Virus record (IMG/VR): IMGVR_UViG_3300029267_003703
Location: 1-64,000 of that record
From: a virus
Strand: one strand, 5' to 3'
Length of the DNA stretch: 64,000 bases
A program made the translations under genes and the position numbers. Positions within the stretch are counted from its first letter, which is position 1; each line of letters opens with the position of its first letter. Under the pieces are notes generated by a model. It searched no databases. It had not been told where the DNA came from and was given only the letters and a program-made list of their open reading frames with translations. This document shows positions 54,138 to 62,286 of this stretch, piece by piece.

Positions 54138-54596
54138 ATGAGAACTTCAACGGTCTTGTGCCTGGTTTTGCCGCTGGTTTGCTCGCCCGCGTACGCACAA
54201 GAGGTGACCCCTCCAACACCGCCAACAGTCCCGCCAGGCGGGGACAAGATCGAGTACCTAGAAAAAGACGCTCCGGCTCCTTACCCAGGCTTCCTCTACG
54301 ACGCGGACACGGCAGTGCGGTGGGGCAACTGGCTCACGTTCTGGAAGAAGAGGTACGTCATCGACATGACCGAACAGAAGAAGGTCTGCGGCATCCGAGA
54401 GGACACGCAAACCAAGATTCATCTGATCGAAGTCGAGGCAAGGAACCGGATCATAGAAGAGCAGCGCAGGCGCCTCGAGGAGGTGGAGAATCCTCCGTGG
54501 TACGAGACCCAGTGGTTTGGGGTGGGGGCGGGGGCCACCGGCGCGTTCGGCCTGACGCTGCTGTCAATCTGGGCTGTGGGGCAGGCTGCTAAGTAA
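54138..54596 (+). CDS. Secreted coiled-coil protein with C-terminal TM (spanin-like)
   Basis: Signal peptide ending AYA|Q, APAPYPGFLY, coiled coil, PWYE..WFGV + TM; TGG-TATTCT 7 nt upstream. Confidence 0.65.
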   Translation: MRTSTVLCLVLPLVCSPAYAQEVTPPTPPTVPPGGDKIEYLEKDAPAPYPGFLYDADTAVRWGNWLTFWKKRYVIDMTEQKKVCGIREDTQTKIHLIEVEARNRIIEEQRRRLEEVENPPWYETQWFGVGAGATGAFGLTLLSIWAVGQAAK

Positions 54597-54771
54597 GCTC
54601 GAGGCGCTCGAGCAGCCGCTTGTTGGCCTCGGGGGAGTTGGACGGGGGGACGCCGACGGCGCGCAGCGCGAGCACGCGCTCACCCGGCTGCATAGTGGCT
54701 ACCTCTCCTTCGTACTCCACCACTTCCTGCGCGGTGGGACGGCGCGCGGTGTGCCACGGCTGCGCCGGCAC
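54589..54771 (-). CDS. Hypothetical 60-aa protein
   Basis: Last gene of the minus-strand operon; GTG start. Confidence 0.5.
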   Translation of the reverse strand: MPAQPWHTARRPTAQEVVEYEGEVATMQPGERVLALRAVGVPPSNSPEANKRLLERLELT

Positions 54772-54776
54772 CCTTC

Positions 54777-55391
54777 CTATCCGTTTCCCTCCTGGTCTCC
54801 GTTGTCGAACTGGTCGGCGCCGGCGAAGGACTCCTGCAGATAGTCCTGCACCTTCATGCCCTCGTAGGCCGCCTCGGCGATCATGCCGGTGCCGATGAGC
54901 AGGGCCTTGAGCATCCGGTCCTGGACTTGGGCGTTCTTCTGCATGCCGTCGACCATCTCCACCAGTGCCTCGATGTTCTTGTTGGCGTCGGAGAGCTGGG
55001 ACTTGAGCTCCTCGAGGGCGGCCGCGCTGGCCGCGGAGACGGGCTCCGCCTTTGTGGAGGTGGCCACCGGTGCGGCTTTGGGCTTCTCTTCCTCCTCGGT
55101 CTTCTTGCTGGTGTTGCGGGGTGTGCGCTTGGAGGTGGACTCGTTCGACGGCGTCCGCGCTGCTGCCTTCTTGCTTCCGCTGCCCACGGTCTTGGCTGCG
55201 TGCTCAGCGATCTTCTCGGCTTGCTCCTTGGGCTTCATGCCGTCGTACGCGCTCTTCTCTTTCGGGGTGCTGAGCATCCCGATGGCCTCGGCCGCCATGC
55301 GCCGGGGCCAGCCGCTCATGGCAGCGAGGTCGTCCACACTCAGAGCGGCTACTTCTTCCGGGGTCATCTTCTTCACTTGGGCAAACGCCAT
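54777..55391 (-). CDS. Hypothetical protein (helical N-terminus, low-complexity linker, coiled coil)
   Basis: SD GGAGG; typical codons. Confidence 0.75.
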   Translation of the reverse strand: MAFAQVKKMTPEEVAALSVDDLAAMSGWPRRMAAEAIGMLSTPKEKSAYDGMKPKEQAEKIAEHAAKTVGSGSKKAAARTPSNESTSKRTPRNTSKKTEEEEKPKAAPVATSTKAEPVSAASAAALEELKSQLSDANKNIEALVEMVDGMQKNAQVQDRMLKALLIGTGMIAEAAYEGMKVQDYLQESFAGADQFDNGDQEGNG

Positions 55392-55394
55392 GGT

Positions 55395-55805
55395 TCATTC
55401 CCTCCGTTCGTCGATCTCTTCTTCCGACTCAGGGTTCATCAAGATGCACGCCACGACCTGAGTGTCAGTGCACGTGCGGCACGCGATGTCGATGACCGGC
55501 AGGCCCTTCTTCCGTTTGATCTGGGCCGTCAGTCCTGCTGTCCTGTCCTTGTAGGTCCACTTCTTGAGGTCCTGGGCGGGGCAGGTAAGCTGCGTTCGCA
55601 GCTGCGTCCAGTAGTCCAGGATGAAGTTCATCCATCCGTTTCGCCAGGAGTCGAACACGTTCTCGACCTCCGGCGGTTCTTCCCTTCCGGTGATGTAGGC
55701 TATCAGCTCCTCTCTGCTGGCCTCCGAGGGCACGGTTAGGCCCTTGGCTCGGCACACTTGGTACAGTTCTGTTCTGTTCACTTGTTGGTAGTAGCTGTCA
55801 TCCAT
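55395..55805 (-). CDS. Hypothetical protein with HeH/Rho-N-like N-terminus and Cys cluster
   Basis: NRTELYQVCRAKGL...SREELI; CPA..CRTC..VAC. Confidence 0.7.
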   Translation of the reverse strand: MDDSYYQQVNRTELYQVCRAKGLTVPSEASREELIAYITGREEPPEVENVFDSWRNGWMNFILDYWTQLRTQLTCPAQDLKKWTYKDRTAGLTAQIKRKKGLPVIDIACRTCTDTQVVACILMNPESEEEIDERRE

Positions 55806-55806
55806 G

Positions 55807-56286
55807 TCACCCTCCCAGAAGGGAGATGCTCGGCTCCTCCTTCTCCATGTCGTAAAGTCGAATCGTAACGCGTTCTTCTTCTCCCGCAGCGTTCGGGCTC
55901 TTGGTCAGGATCACCACCATGAACTGGCTGTCGTCGATGCCGCAAACGTCGGCGAGGACATCCTCCAGAAGTTTGACTCTATTGGTGGCGTCCATCTTCT
56001 TGTAACGCGTTCTCGACTGTTTTGGATACGTCTTGTTGAACAGGTTGTTGAAGAAGAAGACGAAGTGCACGATGTACGGGACGTTCTTCTTGATCTGCGC
56101 CAGCGACGACCCGTAGTGCTTGGTCAGGTACACCTTCGACTCCCGCTTGAACGCCTTGCCCTTGTCCGTGAGCCGCCGCCCGCCGCCGCGCACGATCTTG
56201 CCCCTGACTTTCACCGGGGGCACGTTCTCGTAGGCGTGGTTGGTGGTCGGCGGCATGTCCGGCAGGCGCAGCTCGATCATTGCCAA
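55807..56286 (-). CDS. rusA: RusA-family Holliday junction resolvase
   Basis: PPTTNHAY, DATNRVKLLEDVL..GIDDSQ..K. Confidence 0.85.
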   Translation of the reverse strand: MAMIELRLPDMPPTTNHAYENVPPVKVRGKIVRGGGRRLTDKGKAFKRESKVYLTKHYGSSLAQIKKNVPYIVHFVFFFNNLFNKTYPKQSRTRYKKMDATNRVKLLEDVLADVCGIDDSQFMVVILTKSPNAAGEEERVTIRLYDMEKEEPSISLLGG

Positions 56287-56861
56287 CCCCTGCCCATGTT
56301 GCTCTCCCTGACCTGGCCGTCGAACTCCGTTTTGCGGATCTCGACTTGGCGGGAGATGACCTTGAGGTGCTCCTTGGCGGAGTTGGACCTGTCCCTGAGC
56401 AGCATACAGACCTGCTCTTGAACCTGGAGCTCAATGCGCAGGGGGCGGTACATTGGGTGCAGCTGGAGGTGGTCCTTCTTCTGCTCGACCGTCATCTTCT
56501 CCTTCGTGTTCTTGAGCCTCTTGTCCAGGTTCGTGCGGATGCGGGCGGCCACGTCGTCGATCTCGTTCTCCAGTTGGAGTAGGATGGCGTTGGACTCCGT
56601 GAGCCGTTGGTTCACGAACGTTGCCCAGCCCAGGTACTCCACGTAGCGCTCGGAGTACTCGGTGCCGGAGATGTCGGCCAGCTCCCCTTTCTTGATGGGC
56701 GAGGGGGCGTTGGCTTCCGTGACGCCCATCTGTTCGAGCCGCTGCACCGCGTCGTCGTAGGTGTCCCACTCGCGCTGTACCTGCTCGTTCTCCTGCTGGC
56801 TGATGGTGGGCGGAATGCGGAACTTGACTCCGCGGCTTACCGGCTGCCTTTTCTTTTCCAT
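56277..56861 (-). CDS. Coiled-coil protein, possible UvsY-like recombination mediator
   Basis: Long helical protein ending ..KVISRQVEIR; located in recombination cluster; family call inferred. Confidence 0.5.
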   Translation of the reverse strand: MEKKRQPVSRGVKFRIPPTISQQENEQVQREWDTYDDAVQRLEQMGVTEANAPSPIKKGELADISGTEYSERYVEYLGWATFVNQRLTESNAILLQLENEIDDVAARIRTNLDKRLKNTKEKMTVEQKKDHLQLHPMYRPLRIELQVQEQVCMLLRDRSNSAKEHLKVISRQVEIRKTEFDGQVRESNMGRGWQ

Positions 56862-57685
56862 GCGCGCGTCTCCACATTCATGCCGGCTTGTAGCATCGCC
56901 ATCTCACCCGAGCGGTCCCTCGGTGAGCGGCGCCATGACGGGTGGCAAGTCCATGCGTACTTGCACCACTCGCACCAGATGCCCTCCTTGCGCGGTGGTA
57001 GTTCGCCCGCCTCGATGAGGGCGTTGAGCTCTACGATGCGGTCCACCACCCTGCTCCAGATCATCGGTGTGTACTTGACCAGGAACGGTCCGGCGGACGG
57101 CGTGATGTTCTCGTTGCCCTTGTTGTAGTACATGAGCCAGGTTGCTGGGAGGTCCAGGCAGGCCATGTACACGTGCACTTGGTCGAGGTGGTAGTCCCGG
57201 GGCTCGGTGAGCTTTTCGAACTGTGCGGCCGACTCGGTTTTGATCTCCAGCCCCATGCGTGCGATCGGGTTGCCATCCTTGAGGAAGGTGATGACGCCGT
57301 CGCACGAGCTGAAGATGTTCCAGTCGGCGGCCACTGTGTTGTTGTCGGGGTTGATCCGCACCTCGTCTTCGAACTGGTAGGAGTCGAACTTGCCATCCAT
57401 CTCGTGCATGGCTGCTTGGATGCCGGCGTGCACCCAGTGCCCATGCTCGAACTTCTTGCGCCAGACCCGCCCGATGACCCCCTTTTTCTCCGTGCCGGTC
57501 ATCGTGTAGGCGGCGGAGCGCAAGCACCCCGTGATCTCGGAGGCATGCACGCCGGCAGGACGGTCGTGGTCGTCACGCTCGTCCATGAACCGTTCGTACG
57601 CATCCGAGAAGCCGCGGAACAAGTGCCCGTGCTCCTCCCAGTTCTCTTCCCGTTCGCCGTCTGCGATCGTCAGCAGACTCATCAT
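56837..57685 (-). CDS. Cas4-like/PD-(D/E)xK exonuclease with four-Cys Fe-S motif
   Basis: HASEI.GC.R, G..VH, CDG, LEIKT, QVHVYM, CEWCKY..TC. Confidence 0.85.
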   Translation of the reverse strand: MMSLLTIADGEREENWEEHGHLFRGFSDAYERFMDERDDHDRPAGVHASEITGCLRSAAYTMTGTEKKGVIGRVWRKKFEHGHWVHAGIQAAMHEMDGKFDSYQFEDEVRINPDNNTVAADWNIFSSCDGVITFLKDGNPIARMGLEIKTESAAQFEKLTEPRDYHLDQVHVYMACLDLPATWLMYYNKGNENITPSAGPFLVKYTPMIWSRVVDRIVELNALIEAGELPPRKEGIWCEWCKYAWTCHPSWRRSPRDRSGEMAMLQAGMNVETRAWKRKGSR

Positions 57686-58035
57686 TCCTCCTTTACCTTG
57701 TGTCTCCAGTAGTCGTAGGGGATGACGACCCACTGTTCTTCGACGTTGCGCTGCTCGTCCGTGAACTGGATCTGCATGAGCGGCACCTCGCCGAGTTCGC
57801 AGTGGCCGCGCACCTTCGCCAAGTCGCTGCGCTTGACGGAGAACGACTTCTTGCTCGTCATCTTCGCCTCGACGCGGAACTTGCCCTCCTTTCGTACGTC
57901 GTCCTTGTTCCAAGGCCCGCCTCCGGAGCCAGGCTGCCTGCGACCGCCGATGTCCTTGGCGATCTTGTGCTCCTGCCTCTCGGAGGCGCGCCTCGTCTTC
58001 TTGGCCTTTCGGCTCAGCCCCGTCGGAACAGACAT
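57682..58035 (-). CDS. Hjc-like PD-(D/E)xK endonuclease (resolvase-like)
   Basis: QE..IA..GGRRQPGSG...DDV....VEAK.T. Confidence 0.75.
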   Translation of the reverse strand: MSVPTGLSRKAKKTRRASERQEHKIAKDIGGRRQPGSGGGPWNKDDVRKEGKFRVEAKMTSKKSFSVKRSDLAKVRGHCELGEVPLMQIQFTDEQRNVEEQWVVIPYDYWRHKVKEE

Positions 58036-59279
58036 GGCAGCCCCGTCACCTTGTTGGCGAGTACCTGCCTGACGTGGACCGACAGCTTCGGGTCCTCGTC
58101 CAGCAGGCGGATGAGCTCGGCGACACCATTGATGCCCTCGAGCAGGTTCGAGCCGTTGGCATCCAGCACGTTGATGCCACCGCGCTTCTCGACGAGCAGC
58201 CCGTTTTGAATGAGCGGCTCGATGAGCGAGGCGTTGACGTCGATCATCGACTTCATGGTGTTGTCGTTGAACATGAACTGGACCTTGCCCTTGCGGCCTT
58301 CCCGAACGCCCTCCTTCCCTTTCTGCGTCTCCCACTTGAACCACTTGCCGATCTGCGCCCCCTTGTCGGCGGAGCGGCCGGACTTGATCTTCTCGCCGTT
58401 CTCCACGATGACCGTGACGCTGTTGCCGTGCTTGACCGCCCAGCCGTCCTGGTTCTTGAACTTGCGACCGTAGGTGCTGGCTTCCATGTCGGCGCGCACC
58501 TGGCCCGTTGCGAGGATGGTGGTCTCGTGCTTGAGCCCCCCGAGCTCCGGGAGCTTGCGCTGGAGCTTGTGGTAGCGGTCGAAGAACTTGCGCTTGAGAA
58601 GGGCGCGGGCGGCCATCTTCTCCTTGTCGTCCATGTCCTTTTCGTACTCGGCTTCGGACGTGAGCACGCTCAGGGAGTCGATGCCGATGATGTGGTAGAA
58701 GCCGGTCTCCAGTGCCTTGAGAAGGATGGTGAGAACCTCTTCCCCGGAGCCGCCGGTTGCGATGTGGAACGTGCCGGTCTTCTCCATGAGCAAAGTGCGC
58801 TCCTCGAGAGTGAGCGGTTCCATGCCCAGCTGCCTGCGGCCCTCTTCCATGTCGTCGATGGTGGCGAGCGGCAATCCTACACGGCACCCGACCTTGCGCA
58901 TGAGCAGGTAGTCCGGCTTCGTCTCCACCCAGATGTGAAGGATGCGGGCGTCATCCCCGTAGATCGTCTGGTGGAACGCGTAGTAGTAGTCGAGCAGGAC
59001 GGTCTTGCCAGAGCCATCGGGGCCGACGATGAGTGTGACGGCGTCGGCAGGCAGCCCGCCCCCGGTGCCCACGTCCAGCCCCGCAATGCCGCACGGTCGC
59101 CGCAGCAGGCTGGTATGCCCGGAGTCCTCAACCGTTCCGATTGCGTTGAACCCCATGGCCTCGTTGACGGCGTTGGCGATGGCCGCGCTCCTCTGCGCGG
59201 TGGCGGGCTTGTTCGTTGACGGAGACCGCTTCGCGGGTTTCTTCGCCGCTTTCTTGGTGGCCGGTTTGCGCGACGCCAT
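58014..59279 (-). CDS. recA: RecA/UvsX-like recombinase
   Basis: GLDV..GGGLP, Walker A GPDGSGKT, Walker B IIGIDS, MAARA, QVR, GWAVKH. Confidence 0.85.
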   Translation of the reverse strand: MASRKPATKKAAKKPAKRSPSTNKPATAQRSAAIANAVNEAMGFNAIGTVEDSGHTSLLRRPCGIAGLDVGTGGGLPADAVTLIVGPDGSGKTVLLDYYYAFHQTIYGDDARILHIWVETKPDYLLMRKVGCRVGLPLATIDDMEEGRRQLGMEPLTLEERTLLMEKTGTFHIATGGSGEEVLTILLKALETGFYHIIGIDSLSVLTSEAEYEKDMDDKEKMAARALLKRKFFDRYHKLQRKLPELGGLKHETTILATGQVRADMEASTYGRKFKNQDGWAVKHGNSVTVIVENGEKIKSGRSADKGAQIGKWFKWETQKGKEGVREGRKGKVQFMFNDNTMKSMIDVNASLIEPLIQNGLLVEKRGGINVLDANGSNLLEGINGVAELIRLLDEDPKLSVHVRQVLANKVTGLPCLFRRG

Positions 59280-59446
59280 CACTTCTCCTCGATCTCGCCG
59301 GTCTCTTCGAAGGGCTCGGTGCCGCAGCTGGGGCACATGAGAACGTCACCATGCCTTTCGATCTTGGCGCCGCACTTGGGGCAGCCGCCGCTGGCGAACT
59401 TCTTCATCTTGTCGTTCTTCGACTCGTCGACTCCGTACTTGTCCAT
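59279..59446 (-). CDS. 55-aa Zn-ribbon protein (MDKYGVDE...CPKCG...CPSCG)
   Basis: SD AGGAGG; TGATG overlap with recA; below track cutoff. Confidence 0.75.
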   Translation of the reverse strand: MDKYGVDESKNDKMKKFASGGCPKCGAKIERHGDVLMCPSCGTEPFEETGEIEEK

Positions 59447-59447
59447 C

Positions 59448-59918
59448 TCAACCTCCTGTGGATGAGTTCTGCTTTGCCGTTTGCATGAGCTCTCGCATCT
59501 GCTTGAACCACTGCAGTCGTCGGCCCATCGTCATTCCCTCCAACAGGGCGTATACGTGGTACCCGTGCAGCTGTGCGAGGATCGCTTCCGCGTACCGATG
59601 CCCGGCGTAGATGTAGATGTCGTCCTCTTTGGTGACTCCGAAGCAGGACGTCAGTATGTTGGCGCAACGAGCCCCCCAGTCCCTTCGTTCGTTGGGGGAC
59701 TTGGGGAGCTCGCGCTCGTAGGTGTAGACCGGGTAGTCGGGCCGCATCACGTGGTGGAACGCGGACACGATGAGAACCCGGTCGTGTGCAAGGCACGCGT
59801 AGTCGTACGCGGCCCTGAAGAGGCTGCCGGTGTACAGCTCGCAAGCCGGGACGGGGGTGTCCCCCGTCTCGATCTTGCTTTTGCCGCACCCGACGAGCGC
59901 GATGGATTGCCCGCTCAC
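59448..59918 (-). CDS. DUF6884-like protein
   Basis: LVGCGKSK...PACELY.GSLF..VLIVSA.H..Y..L..AG..Y..L.G..MG.RLQW; GTGA overlap. Confidence 0.7.
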   Translation of the reverse strand: MSGQSIALVGCGKSKIETGDTPVPACELYTGSLFRAAYDYACLAHDRVLIVSAFHHVMRPDYPVYTYERELPKSPNERRDWGARCANILTSCFGVTKEDDIYIYAGHRYAEAILAQLHGYHVYALLEGMTMGRRLQWFKQMRELMQTAKQNSSTGG

Positions 59919-60211
59919 TTCGCGGCCTTTGCTTCTTTGGCGGCTTCGTGCCTCGCCATGTTCATGGCGCTGTACTTGCGAACGCACCCGCACATCGGCA
60001 TGACCTCTCCGCAGTCCTCGCAGATCTTGCCCTTGCCGGTGCCGTTGCAGGCCATGCACCGGTAGTCCTTCGTCCTGAAGTTCCAGTCGTGCAGGCCCGT
60101 GCCTCCGCAGATGCGACAGGTCCGGTCCCCTGGCTCGCGGTGTGCGTCGATGGGTTCTGGGAAGGGCACGACTGGCAGCACCTTCGGCAGCCTGTACTTT
60201 CTCTTGCTCAC
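59915..60211 (-). CDS. DnaJ-type zinc-finger protein
   Basis: CRICGGTG, CMACNGTG, CEDCG. Confidence 0.75.
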   Translation of the reverse strand: MSKRKYRLPKVLPVVPFPEPIDAHREPGDRTCRICGGTGLHDWNFRTKDYRCMACNGTGKGKICEDCGEVMPMCGCVRKYSAMNMARHEAAKEAKAAK

Positions 60212-62265
60212 TTTGCCTCCGCCCAGTGAGCCCCTTTACCTGCGTCAGTGAGAAGCTCCACAGGAAGGTCGATCAAGAATGGGTGCTCCATGCGGTCCCT
60301 GATCTCCTCCATTGCCGCGTCGGCGGTTTCTGCTGGGCACTCGAAGACGATCTCGTCGTGCACCTGCAGAAGCATCCGGCAGCCGTACTTCTCTTCGAGG
60401 TTGGCCTCGTCGCACAGAATCATGGCCATCTTCGCCACGTCTGCCGCCGTGCCCTGAATGCGGACGTTGCCGGACTGTCGCTCGGCACGCCATCGCATCT
60501 GTTCGTCGTGAGCGTGGATGTCGGGCAGAACCCGACGGCGACCAAGGAAGGTGTGAGCGCAGGTCGTCTCCCGGACGATGTCGACGGAGTCCTCGAAGAA
60601 CTTCCGCACGGCCGGGTAGCGATCCATGTACGCTCCCATCTTCTCCTCGGCCTCGGCAACCGTGCACTTCAGCCGCTTGGCGAGCTCCCACTTCTTCATG
60701 CCGTAGTTCAGCCCGAAGCCGATGGTCTTGGCCGCGGACCTGGCATGAAGGCAGTCTTGCAGGTACTTGTGCTGAGCGAGGTCCTGTACTTTGAGCGCGC
60801 CCCACTCATCCTCGCTCATCTTCTTGGCCCGTTTGATGTCGTCGTACGGGAGGCCGAAGACCAGAGAGGCGTTGCCGATGTGGATGTCCCACCCCTTCTT
60901 GAAGATGTCGATCATGTCCTGTTCACCCGACAGCGCAGCGAGCAGGCGCATCTCCAACTGCTTGTAGTCGAAGACGATCATGACGTAGCCCGGAGGCACG
61001 ATGAATGCCTTGCGGATCTGGTAGATGTCGTCTTCCGGGTTCTTGATGTTCTGCAGGTTGGGGTCGGACGACGAGAGTCGGCCGGTCCGCGCCACGTCTT
61101 GGTTGAACTTGGTACGGATGCGGCCATCTTCGTCCAGACGATCGAGCAGGCCCTCCACGTAGGTGCCCTTCGTCTTGGTGATGTCGCGAACTGCGAGGAG
61201 CAGGTTGGCGACTGGGTCGTTGTACTTGTCGCTGAGGTAGGTGATGGTCGCTTCATCCGTGGAAGGCGATCGAACCCCGCCCTTGCCACCCTTCGTTCGC
61301 TTGAGCGGGGTGTACTTCATCACGTCGAAGAAGTACTCCCTGAGCTGCTTGGTGGAGTTGGGGTTGGTGAGCAGGGCCCCGGCCTTGTCGGCCTCGTGGG
61401 CGATCTGCCTGGTGAGCTCGGCGAGCCGCTCTTCCATGGGGGCTTTGAGCCCTTCGAGGAACTCGACGTCGATGACGACTCCGTTGCGCTCGCACTTCCA
61501 AAGCACCTTGGTGAACGGTACCTCGATGATGAAGAACAGGTCGGCCAGGGTACCGATGATGGTCCGATGGTTTGGGTCCATCTCTCGCATCATGGCATCC
61601 ATGCCGCAGTCGACCTCGACCTTCATGAGCAGCTCCTCGAGCTTCTCGAACAGCAGCAAGGTGCCGTAGGCGTCGTTCGAGGCGTACTCCGTCAGCAGGT
61701 CCCGGTCGTTCTCGTAGGCCCAGAGCAATGCGTCCTGTACCGACACGAACTTGCCGCCTGCCTCGACCTCTTCGGCCGTGGAGCCACGTGTGAGCTTGCC
61801 CCCTTTCTGGACCTTGAAGGTGTCCATGAAGTCCTTCCAGGTCCAGCCGAGGATGTGATCGCTGATGTACTTGAGCCGGTGCGGGTGCTCTTCGTACAGC
61901 AGCGCGTGCATGACTTGGATGTCGACGACTTGCCCTGCGAAGCGGATGCCTACGTTCGCCAGCATGTGCATGTCGAACTTGGCATTCGCGAACACCCAGC
62001 TGATACGTTCGTCGTCGAACAGCTTGTGGAAGCGGTGGAGAAGACCGGCGTGCAGGGTACAGCGGTGCACCTGCCCGTCGATCGACCTCCACGACAGCGA
62101 CCAGAACAGGGGCACGTCTCGTGTCTTGTTCAGGCCGGTGGTCTCCGTGTCGATTGCGATGACCCTGACCTTGCTCAGCGTCTCGATCAACTCGGAGGTG
62201 ATGGCGCCGTCGAGGCCGTCGTCGTAGAAGTACGCCGCCGGCATCCCAACGTTCAGGCTCCGCAT
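60208..62265 (-). CDS. polA: Family A DNA polymerase (3'-5' exonuclease + polymerase; no 5'-3' exonuclease)
   Basis: Exo DTETTG/NAKFD/YASND; TGRLSSSDPNLQNI; DYKQLEMR; AKTIGFGLNYG; IQGTAAD; LLQVHDE. Confidence 0.96.
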   Translation of the reverse strand: MRSLNVGMPAAYFYDDGLDGAITSELIETLSKVRVIAIDTETTGLNKTRDVPLFWSLSWRSIDGQVHRCTLHAGLLHRFHKLFDDERISWVFANAKFDMHMLANVGIRFAGQVVDIQVMHALLYEEHPHRLKYISDHILGWTWKDFMDTFKVQKGGKLTRGSTAEEVEAGGKFVSVQDALLWAYENDRDLLTEYASNDAYGTLLLFEKLEELLMKVEVDCGMDAMMREMDPNHRTIIGTLADLFFIIEVPFTKVLWKCERNGVVIDVEFLEGLKAPMEERLAELTRQIAHEADKAGALLTNPNSTKQLREYFFDVMKYTPLKRTKGGKGGVRSPSTDEATITYLSDKYNDPVANLLLAVRDITKTKGTYVEGLLDRLDEDGRIRTKFNQDVARTGRLSSSDPNLQNIKNPEDDIYQIRKAFIVPPGYVMIVFDYKQLEMRLLAALSGEQDMIDIFKKGWDIHIGNASLVFGLPYDDIKRAKKMSEDEWGALKVQDLAQHKYLQDCLHARSAAKTIGFGLNYGMKKWELAKRLKCTVAEAEEKMGAYMDRYPAVRKFFEDSVDIVRETTCAHTFLGRRRVLPDIHAHDEQMRWRAERQSGNVRIQGTAADVAKMAMILCDEANLEEKYGCRMLLQVHDEIVFECPAETADAAMEEIRDRMEHPFLIDLPVELLTDAGKGAHWAEAK

Positions 62266-62286
62266 GTGCTCCTCCTGGGCGGCCTA

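Noticed and set aside
56837-57685. CRISPR-Cas locus suggested by the Cas4-like gene
   Set aside because: No cas1/cas2, effector genes or repeat-spacer array visible; context is recombination.
60690-60745. Unusual PolA motif B suggesting altered nucleotide selectivity
   Set aside because: AKTIGFGLNYG keeps Phe at the E. coli 762-equivalent position and the invariant K and YG; nothing diagnostic.
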